From Myxococcales bacterium (GTDB taxonomy: Bacteria; Myxococcota_A; Polyangia; Polyangiales; DASUME01), in NCBI GenBank assembly GCA_047601445.1, contig JASGJH010000001.1, positions 928,001 to 992,000 of the forward strand: 64,000 bases of DNA, written 5' to 3'. Of this stretch, positions 11,471 through 18,863 are shown in pieces (position 1 is the stretch's first letter; every line of letters starts with the position of its first letter). Under the pieces are notes generated by a model. That model was not told where the DNA came from, ran no database searches, and worked only from the letters and a program-made list of their open reading frames with translations. Position numbers and translations under genes: made by a program.

Positions 11471-13294
11471 ATGACGATTCCGACGAACCAGGTCGAACCA
11501 GGTTTCGTTGCGGCGTGTGTCCACGCAGCTCTGTGTCCGGGCTGCCCTCTGATCCGTGACAGTTACGGAGAGCAGCTGGCGAAGAAATCGCGCTGGGTGA
11601 AGGACGCGATGGCTGCGTACGCAGATCTCGGTTCGCTCGAGGTGGCCGATACCAGGCCGGCCGAGCGCGCGGAAGGCTACCGCACGCGGGCCAAACTGGT
11701 GGCCAATGCGCGCGGACAGCTGGGACTGTATGCCCGGGGCACCCACGACCTGGTGGACCTACCGGAGTGTCGCGTGCTGCATCCCGTGCTGTCGGGCGTG
11801 GCCGCCGCGCTGCGTGCGTCGATCGCGGGGCAGCCTCTCGAGGGGGTCGACATGTCGCTGGTGGGCGGCCAAGTGATGATCACCCTGATTGCAGCCCACG
11901 ACGCCGAGCGCGGACCCTTGCTGGAGTTGGCCGCCCGGCTGCGCGCACGCGTACCACAGCTAGCCAGTGTCGCCATCAGTCGCCGCAAGCCGGGCGCGGT
12001 GCAGCTTCTGGGCACGCAACATGAAGTCGTGTCAGGGCCGCCAGAGTTACAGGCCAGCAGCCCCGGGGCCCACGTTTATCATTACGCGGCCCATGGAGCG
12101 TTCCAGCAAGTCCACGCCGAGACCGCCACGAGCATCTACGCCCGGGTTCTCGAGCGGGTGCGCGCCGACGCGCAGGCGACGACGCCGCGGGTACTCGAGC
12201 TGTACGCTGGTTCGGGGGCACTGTCGCTGGCCCTGGCGGCGCAAGGAGCGAGCGTCAAGGCGGTAGAGAGCTTCGCACCTGCCTGTGAGCGTCTGACGCG
12301 TGCTGCGCGGGAGCAGGCGCTGGACGTGAGCGTGGTCGCGGGTGATGCCGGAGCGGTCACGCGGGCATTGGCCGAGCAGGCCGAACGCTTCGACCTGGTG
12401 GTGGTCAATCCTCCGCGCCGTGGTTTGGATCTGGACGTGCGCACGGCGTTGGCTGCCCTCGCGCCGCACCATCTCGCCTACGTCTCCTGCAATCCGCTCA
12501 CGCTGGCGCGCGACCTGGCGCAGCTCGCGCGGGCGGGCCTGTCGGCAACGCGACTCGAGCCCTTCGACATGATGCCGCTCACCGACCAGGTCGAGACGTT
12601 CGCCTGGATGTCGAGGGCTCCCGCGCCGCCGCCCCGCGTGCTGTGGGCCGAGGGGGAGCTGTTCGCTGTGGATCAGGCCGCCCACGAGTCGGCCTCGGAG
12701 GCGGGCGTAGGTTCGCTCTGGAGCCGAGTGCGTCGCCTGGCCGGCTATGCCGAGGCGGTGCCGATGTTCGACATCGACCCCAACCTTAGCGGTGTGTGCC
12801 TGTTCGCGACCTCGGCCCGGGCAGCCGAGGCGATCCGTCCGCGTCTGCGCCGAGTGGAGGAGGTCTATTGGGCGCTGGCCAAGGGCGTGGTGCACAAGCG
12901 CGGCAAGATCGAGCGCCCGCTCGCGGGGCGCAAGCGCGCGAACGCGGTGTGCACCCGCTACGAGCGCCTCGAAGTTCGAAGCGGCCATAGCCTGGTGCGA
13001 GCCGAGCGCGAGTGGGTGGGCTCGTCGGGCGAGTGGCACGCGTCGGGACCGCGCTCGGCCCAGGTGCGCGAGCACTTGGCCATGATTGGCCATCCGGTCA
13101 TCGGCGACACCCGGCGCGCTGATAGGGCCACCAGCCGACACTTCGAGATGCGCCACGGTCTCGACCGACCGTTCCTGCATTGCCAGGTTGTGCGGTTCGA
13201 GCTGGACGGGACGTCGTGCGAAGTGGAGTCGCCGCTGCCGCCAGATCTAAGTCAGGTCCTGCGTAGTCTGCAGACTCGCTTGCCGCCTGCGTGA
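11471..13294 (+). CDS. RlmC/RlmD-type RNA m5U methyltransferase fused to an RluA-like pseudouridine synthase domain
   Basis: CVHAALCPGC..EC (Fe-S Cys), YRTRAKL, FQQVH, LELYAGSG, VNPPRRG, YVSCNP.TLARD, FDMMP.T..VE. C-terminal domain has IDPNLSG, YWAL, QVREHLA.IGHPVIGD, FLH. Confidence 0.88.
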   Translation: MTIPTNQVEPGFVAACVHAALCPGCPLIRDSYGEQLAKKSRWVKDAMAAYADLGSLEVADTRPAERAEGYRTRAKLVANARGQLGLYARGTHDLVDLPECRVLHPVLSGVAAALRASIAGQPLEGVDMSLVGGQVMITLIAAHDAERGPLLELAARLRARVPQLASVAISRRKPGAVQLLGTQHEVVSGPPELQASSPGAHVYHYAAHGAFQQVHAETATSIYARVLERVRADAQATTPRVLELYAGSGALSLALAAQGASVKAVESFAPACERLTRAAREQALDVSVVAGDAGAVTRALAEQAERFDLVVVNPPRRGLDLDVRTALAALAPHHLAYVSCNPLTLARDLAQLARAGLSATRLEPFDMMPLTDQVETFAWMSRAPAPPPRVLWAEGELFAVDQAAHESASEAGVGSLWSRVRRLAGYAEAVPMFDIDPNLSGVCLFATSARAAEAIRPRLRRVEEVYWALAKGVVHKRGKIERPLAGRKRANAVCTRYERLEVRSGHSLVRAEREWVGSSGEWHASGPRSAQVREHLAMIGHPVIGDTRRADRATSRHFEMRHGLDRPFLHCQVVRFELDGTSCEVESPLPPDLSQVLRSLQTRLPPA

Positions 13295-13921
13295 TCAGCG
13301 CGGACGCAGACCATCGATGAAGACCTTGACGGTGGCCCGCAGGTAGCGCTCGTCGCAGGTGTTGTCGGGCAAATCATGGAGGACACTCGCCTGCATGATG
13401 GCACGCTCGCTGAACCAACCGCGTACCAGCGCGAAGAACTGAGCGAGTACGTACTCGGGCTCGACGTCCTTGCGCATGCTGCCCTGTTCCTGCGCGCGCC
13501 GCAGCGTATCCACGCCGGCACAGGAGAGTGCCTGGCTCATGGAGGCGCACTGGGCGTCATTCTCGATGACCATCCAGTTCCACAGCCGCATCACGTCCGG
13601 ATTCGACTGCAAAAAGCGGAAGTACACGACGAAGGAGTCTTCCACCAGCGAGAGATCCGGAGCGCGCTGGCTCAGCATTTCCTGCTGCTGGCGCTGATAG
13701 TCTTCCATCACAACGTCGCGGACTGCGTCCCACAACTCGCGCTTACTGCCGAAGTGATGGTGGATCAGACTTTTGGTGACGCCTGCTTGCTTGGCGACCG
13801 TAGCCATCGATGTGGTCGCGAAACCATGTTCCACGAACAGCGCCTGAGCCGCGCGCAGAATGGCGCTGCGCGTGCGGTCGCCATCGATCTTCGGAGTGTT
13901 GAGCGGGGTGGCATCCAGCAT
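13295..13921 (-). CDS. TetR/AcrR family transcriptional regulator
   Basis: ILRAAQALFVEHGFATTSMATVAKQAGVTKSLIHHHFGSKREL helix-turn-helix. Confidence 0.95.
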   Translation of the reverse strand: MLDATPLNTPKIDGDRTRSAILRAAQALFVEHGFATTSMATVAKQAGVTKSLIHHHFGSKRELWDAVRDVVMEDYQRQQQEMLSQRAPDLSLVEDSFVVYFRFLQSNPDVMRLWNWMVIENDAQCASMSQALSCAGVDTLRRAQEQGSMRKDVEPEYVLAQFFALVRGWFSERAIMQASVLHDLPDNTCDERYLRATVKVFIDGLRPR

Positions 13922-14013
13922 AGGGAAGACCGAACGGTCTGGGCCAAACTAGCTGGTGTGCGCCGGCGCTGCAAGTCCGGTTGCTCACAAGTTTGCCGTG
14001 ATTCCAATCGGTT

Positions 14014-14775
14014 TCAGGAAGTACGGCCGCCCTTGAGGGCCTTGGTTTTCTTGCGTGGGAGCGCTTTTTCTTCCGGAGGTGCAGGAAGTTCGGGCAGTGC
14101 GAGCAGGCTGGCTAGCTCCTCCAGCCGATTGAGCTGCACCGTCAGGAAGAAGGGAGACACCTCACGCATACGGTCCAGTGTATTACTGGCGATGCGCAGC
14201 GGATTGTATGGACCGGCATCCTCCGGCACCACGTCGGTGGCTCGCGCCAACGCGAAGGAGGCCACCAGCGCGGCCACGGAGTCTTCGTACACGACGGCGC
14301 GCTGCTTTCGCAGGCTTCGCGGGGGAAGTTGGCTGTTTCGGCCGCGCGGAGGCGGTAGCGAGTCTGGCTTGGGCGCGGGCGAGGCTACCGTCTCGTAGGA
14401 GGTCGCCTGCGGGCGAGACACGGGCTGCACCGCGATTCTTCGGAGCGTGCGTGCGACTCGCACCACATCTCCTCGTTGCAACAAGTTTTGCAGACGCTCA
14501 GCGGTGTCAGGATCGGTCTGCACATGCTCGAGACGCTCGCGCACGCGGGCGGTGTCGCGATCGAAGCGCGCGCTCAGGGAGCTCAGGTGGGACTCCGCGC
14601 GTGCCACCAGGATCGCACCGACCCCACCTCCGAGCTCCTCGGCCCGGGTCAGCAAGGCGCGCACGCAATCGCAGGCGGGCGCGTCGTAGCCTCGGGCTCC
14701 CTTGGCCTCGAGGGCATCCAGGGCGCGCTCGACGTCTTCGCCGTTGGTGGGCGCGGTGGGGACCGGCTCGCTCAG
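14014..14775 (-). CDS. DUF2894-like protein (Zorya type III ZorG-like)
   Basis: C-terminal VPEDAGPYNP...LDRMREVSP.FL motif. Frame extends 37 codons above the track start to CTG 14775, which has a TAAGGAG SD 6 nt upstream. Confidence 0.75.
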   Translation of the reverse strand: MSEPVPTAPTNGEDVERALDALEAKGARGYDAPACDCVRALLTRAEELGGGVGAILVARAESHLSSLSARFDRDTARVRERLEHVQTDPDTAERLQNLLQRGDVVRVARTLRRIAVQPVSRPQATSYETVASPAPKPDSLPPPRGRNSQLPPRSLRKQRAVVYEDSVAALVASFALARATDVVPEDAGPYNPLRIASNTLDRMREVSPFFLTVQLNRLEELASLLALPELPAPPEEKALPRKKTKALKGGRTS

Positions 14776-15476
14776 GGGGCGCTCCTTACTCCAGGGGTCG
14801 AGGCAGGTGCGGAGGCGGGTTCGCCTTGAGCGGTCTCGGCGTGGCGGAAGGCGAAGGGGCGCGGACGCGGGACGGGAGCCATCTCCACGCGACGGTTGCG
14901 AGCACGGTTCTCGTCGCTGTCGTTGGTGGCCACGGGATGATTCTGGCCAAAGCCCGCCGCGAACAAGGCATCTTCGGGCACGCCGGCCTCGGCCAAGGCG
15001 CGCACCACGGTGAGCGAACGCTGCGCGCTGAGCTCCCAGTTGTCGCGATAGGTGCGCAGCACCCCTCGCATGGGTAGGTCGTCGGTGAAGCCACTGACCA
15101 TCAACGACTCGTCGCGCGTGGCGAGGTAGGCGCCGAGGGGGCCAGCCATTTCGGTGAGCAGGGCGCGTCCGCTGCTGCGTAGCTCAGCCGAATTCAGGTC
15201 GAACAGCACGCTGCCCCGAATCCCGATGCGACCATCCACGAAGGTGATGAGTCCGGCCCGCAGCGGGCCCGCGAGGGCGCTCTCGAGCACGGTAAGGCGC
15301 GCCGTGGCCGCTTCGCGCTCCGAGCGTTCAGCCTGGAGGTCGCTGGCCATGCTGACCTCGAAGCTCACGATCCAGACGAAGAACAGCACGAAGACCCCGA
15401 GCAAGCAGGCCATCAGATCGCCGAAGGCTGCCCACACCGGGAGCGCGCCCGCTTGCTCTTCGTCAGGCGGATACAT
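14772..15476 (-). CDS. MotB/OmpA-family protein (ZorB-like)
   Basis: PVWAAFGDLM TM helix with the conserved Asp. Peptidoglycan-binding domain: VLFD, GFTD, NWELSAQR, GFG...P...N......NRRVE. SD GGAGAG. Confidence 0.9.
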   Translation of the reverse strand: MYPPDEEQAGALPVWAAFGDLMACLLGVFVLFFVWIVSFEVSMASDLQAERSEREAATARLTVLESALAGPLRAGLITFVDGRIGIRGSVLFDLNSAELRSSGRALLTEMAGPLGAYLATRDESLMVSGFTDDLPMRGVLRTYRDNWELSAQRSLTVVRALAEAGVPEDALFAAGFGQNHPVATNDSDENRARNRRVEMAPVPRPRPFAFRHAETAQGEPASAPASTPGVRSAP

Positions 15477-17772
15477 CGTGCTCTCCCTTGGGGGCCGCGG
15501 GCGGGATGCTCGCACCGCGCAGCGTCCTCAGCTGCTCGAACAGCTCGCGCTGGAACTGGAGCTGGCGCGCAAACACCTCCTGCGTGGAGGCCAGCTGATC
15601 TCCCAGGGCGTCGGCGGCCGCGCCGCGACCCGCGCGCTCGACGGCGCCTTCGAGCTCGCCCAGGCTCTCCATCCAGGCTTGGGCCGCCTCGCGCTGGCGC
15701 TCCACGCTCTGGTGGAACAGCCCCGCGACGGCGCCCATTTCGACGCTCGATGCCCGCAGCACGGTGGCCGCTTCCTGCACCAGGGCGGTGGTGGCCTCGA
15801 GGCCCTTGCTGAGCTTCTCGGCGTGGCCCGTGAGCTCGCCGGCCAGTGAGTTCGCGTGTTGGGTCTGCGTGCCCTGCAAGAGGGTCTCGAGTTGCACGAA
15901 GCGGGACGCATGGTCCTCCCCCAGCTGCATCACGCGCAGCGCGTGCTCCTCGCCCTCGCGCACCAGCTGCTCGAGGATCTTTTGGGTGTTTGCCTGGACC
16001 GTGCTGTCGGCGGTCGCCGCGCGCTGAGCTTGTTCCTCGCCCAGCTTCACCAGCGTCGCCAGGGCCTCGCGAGCCGCTTCACGCGCGGAGGTCTCGCCCT
16101 CCACGGCGCGCTGCGCCTGTGCCTCGCCCAGCTTGACCAGGGCCGAAAGCGCCTCGCGGGCTGCCTCGCGCGCAGAGGCTTCGCTCTCCACGGCGCGCTG
16201 GGTCTGCTGTTCGCCGAGCTCCACCAGGGCCGTCAGGGCCTCGCGGGCGCCGTCCTGGGCGCTCTTGCCGAGCGCTTCCATTTGCTGCGTGCTGCGGCTC
16301 AGCAGCTCCTGCACCGTGTGGTCCTGCTTGTCGACGAGCTCCTGCAATCCCTGGGCGCCGCGACGCAGCGTGTCCAGGGAGCGCTCCACGCCCTCTGCCA
16401 GCGCGCGGTCGCGCTCGGCGCGCGTGCTCACGTCGCTTCCGATGCTCTCTACGAGCTGCGCGAGGTCCGCCTGGATGCGGTCCACCAGCTCGCTCCAACG
16501 GCTTGCCAGCGCCTCCTCGCGCTGTTCGCTGCGCTCGGACAAGCGCTCGCCCAGGATCGACAGCGCGTCCAGCTCTCGCTGGCCCTGCAGCGAGCGTTCG
16601 CTGGCCGCGGCATCGAGCTTGCCGGTCAGGTCGCTCAGCAGGCGCCCTGCCTCGCGGCGACGCTCCTGGGCTTCGTGATCGAGCTGGCTGGCCAGGCTCT
16701 GTGCGGCGCCCGCCAGGGTCGCGAGCTGGGCCTGTGCCTGCTCGCGGGTGGTCGCGAGCTCTTCGCGTAGCTGCGTGCGCATGCCGGCGTCGGCATCGCG
16801 ACGGGCGGCGAGGTCGCGATCCAGGGCCTCTCGGGTCGAGGCCATCTGCTTCGTCAGGGCGTCGCCGGTCTGGGCCACCACCTGCTTGAGCATCGGCGTG
16901 ACACTCTCGGAGAGCACACGTCCGGCGTCAGCCGAGCTGCGCGCGAGCTCCGTGCGCATGCGCTCCATCAGCTCCTGGGCAGACTTCTGTTGAGCCTCGA
17001 GCGTGGCCCGGTGCGCACTCTCCCAACGCTCGGCCAGCTGGCCGAGATGCACGCTCGCTTGCTCCAACGAGACCGCGGCCTTCGGCAGGGACTCGCCCTG
17101 TTGCGCCAGCTGCTGGAAGGAATCGAGCTGGCGACGCATGGGCGACAGCTCGCGCAGCGGACCTGTGGCGTAGCTCTGAGCCCGGGCCCAGGCCGCTGCC
17201 TCGGCGCGCCGCACGAAGACGGCTGCCAACCCCAACATCGCCGAAGCGCTTACGCCCGCCGCCGAGCAGCCGAAGCTGCGCGTCAGGCCGCGCATGGGAC
17301 CCGACAGCCCGCTGCGCAGAGCGTTCACGTCCGCGCTCGCCGTGAGCGCCTGGCCCGCCCCGTGGAGCGTCTCGAACAGACCGAGCAAGGTGCCCAGCAA
17401 TCCGAGCATCACCATGAAGCCCACCAAGTACGGCGTCAGGTTCTCGCCCAGCGCGGGCGCCGGCGCGTGCTCGATGCGCGCGCGCAGGAAGGCACGCAGC
17501 GGAGCGCTGGCCTTGTCGAGCACGGACTCGCTGGCCTTGCGGGGAAGGGCGTCCACCTCGCGCCCGAGGGCGAACGCGCGGCGATGGCGCAGCCATAGTT
17601 CCGCGACGCCAGCTCCGAAGCCGACCCCCATGATGCCCACGATCAGCGAAGCCACCGGGTCCTGCGCCAGGTAAACACCGAGCGCGCGCAGGATCACGCC
17701 TGCTCCGACGGCGGCTGGCAGCAGCAACGCCACCTGGCTCAAGCGCTCGCTCATGGGTTGCTTCGTGTTCAT
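15463..17772 (-). CDS. MotA/ExbB-like membrane protein with long helical tail (DUF802-like, ZorA-like)
   Basis: TM motifs MVMLGLLGTLLGL and GLTRSFGCSAAGVSASAMLG followed by over 500 aa of Ala/Glu/Gln/Arg-rich coiled coil. ATGA overlap with the upstream gene, SD GGAGGA. Confidence 0.85.
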   Translation of the reverse strand: MNTKQPMSERLSQVALLLPAAVGAGVILRALGVYLAQDPVASLIVGIMGVGFGAGVAELWLRHRRAFALGREVDALPRKASESVLDKASAPLRAFLRARIEHAPAPALGENLTPYLVGFMVMLGLLGTLLGLFETLHGAGQALTASADVNALRSGLSGPMRGLTRSFGCSAAGVSASAMLGLAAVFVRRAEAAAWARAQSYATGPLRELSPMRRQLDSFQQLAQQGESLPKAAVSLEQASVHLGQLAERWESAHRATLEAQQKSAQELMERMRTELARSSADAGRVLSESVTPMLKQVVAQTGDALTKQMASTREALDRDLAARRDADAGMRTQLREELATTREQAQAQLATLAGAAQSLASQLDHEAQERRREAGRLLSDLTGKLDAAASERSLQGQRELDALSILGERLSERSEQREEALASRWSELVDRIQADLAQLVESIGSDVSTRAERDRALAEGVERSLDTLRRGAQGLQELVDKQDHTVQELLSRSTQQMEALGKSAQDGAREALTALVELGEQQTQRAVESEASAREAAREALSALVKLGEAQAQRAVEGETSAREAAREALATLVKLGEEQAQRAATADSTVQANTQKILEQLVREGEEHALRVMQLGEDHASRFVQLETLLQGTQTQHANSLAGELTGHAEKLSKGLEATTALVQEAATVLRASSVEMGAVAGLFHQSVERQREAAQAWMESLGELEGAVERAGRGAAADALGDQLASTQEVFARQLQFQRELFEQLRTLRGASIPPAAPKGEHDVSA
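15988..16248 (-). repeat. three 87-bp (29-aa) tandem repeats inside the ZorA-like tail
   Basis: AREALTALVELGEQQTQRAVESEASAREA / AREALSALVKLGEAQAQRAVEGETSAREA / AREALATLVKLGEEQAQRAATADSTVQAN, starting at 16248, 16161 and 16074. Confidence 0.9.
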
Positions 17773-18701
17773 GTGTCCTCCCCGTGTGTCGCCGCGCGCA
17801 AGAGCCCCTCGAGGCCGCGCCTCATGTGGCCGAACAGCGCCTTGGTCATGCGAATGCAGCGTTCTCGATAGCGTCCGAGCCAGCCGTTTTCCTCGGACCA
17901 CTCCGCCAGCTCGGTCTCCCCGAACTCTGCTGGCAGCTCCATCAAAGCGTGGGTGCAGGCACGCTCGAAGGTGAGCTGCGCCGCGTACTCCATGCGGTCG
18001 AGCAGCTCGCCCATCTTGCCTTGCATGGCGCGCGTGAGCGCGGCGTCGATGCGCTCCAGGCGATCGGCCGTGGGGCCCAGGGCGCGGATGTCATGGGCGA
18101 TCTCCCAGCGCAGCGTGGCGATGTGCGACTGGGCCTGGCGCAGGCTGGTGCCGAGGGCCGATGCGAAGGGCAGGCCGAGCTCGTCGACCAGCGCCTTGAA
18201 CGCCTGGGGGCGTGCGCCGGGTTCCAGGCACGGGCTTGGCCCTGCTGTTCCTTCGCTGCCCGCGCTCGCCATCGTGGCGGCGCTGTCATCGCCCGGCTCG
18301 CCACGAGGCTCCGCGCTGCGCTCCGCCGTCGCCGGGGCCGACACGAACCCGTGCCGACGCAGGGCGTCCAGATACTCGTGGGGCGCGAGCAGCGTGGGGG
18401 CGCGCCGGCCCGACAGTGGCTTGAGGGCCATCGGTTCGAGCGCGTCGAGGCGCGCCCGTACGTCTTCCAGCAGGCGCTCACCGAGCGCCGTGCTCTGGGG
18501 ATGGGGCTCGCCTTGCGGCAGCGGCTCGGCCAGCAGTTCAGCCAGCGCCACGCTACCCGGGAAGTCCATCAACGACGCGAGGACCTCGGCTGGGTTTTGA
18601 GAGACCGGGCGGTCCTCGAGTTCGATGCCGGTCGAGACCGTGGGCGCCTGAATGAGCGCGGTCCCGAAGGAACCCCGCGGAGCGAGCCTATCCTCGTTCA
18701 T
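17769..18701 (-). CDS. DUF3348-like protein (Zorya type III ZorF-like)
   Basis: Helical 310-aa ORF first in the operon, with RLERIDAAL, WL.RY and terminal LEGLLRAA segments resembling DUF3348. Synteny supports the call. Confidence 0.65.
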   Translation of the reverse strand: MNEDRLAPRGSFGTALIQAPTVSTGIELEDRPVSQNPAEVLASLMDFPGSVALAELLAEPLPQGEPHPQSTALGERLLEDVRARLDALEPMALKPLSGRRAPTLLAPHEYLDALRRHGFVSAPATAERSAEPRGEPGDDSAATMASAGSEGTAGPSPCLEPGARPQAFKALVDELGLPFASALGTSLRQAQSHIATLRWEIAHDIRALGPTADRLERIDAALTRAMQGKMGELLDRMEYAAQLTFERACTHALMELPAEFGETELAEWSEENGWLGRYRERCIRMTKALFGHMRRGLEGLLRAATHGEDT

Positions 18702-18704
18702 CGT

Positions 18705-18742
18705 CAGGCCATGCGAGTAACGGCCTGTTTCACGAAGGGCAA
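18705..18742 (-). promoter_or_regulatory. candidate sigma-70 promoter with overlapping inverted repeat for the Zorya-like operon
   Basis: TTGCCC-N17-TACTCG (18742-18714). CAGGCC-N11-GGCCTG (18705-18727) straddles the -10. Confidence 0.35.
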
Positions 18743-18863
18743 GAGGGGTTTTTCCCGCGCAGCCGGATTTCTCAATGAAATCCGCCCAAGAGACCCCTGA
18801 TTCAGCCCGGAATTGCCCGCCGATCGTCGCCTGAGGCGATCGCTTTTCGGGCCCGAACCGAGC

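Noticed and set aside
14772..17772. Flagellar MotAB, TolQR/ExbBD or AglRQS gliding motor
   Set aside because: The A subunit has a tail of over 500 aa, the B subunit has an OmpA-type domain, and the coupled flanking genes fit Zorya III synteny. No flagellar or TonB/TolA partner is adjacent.
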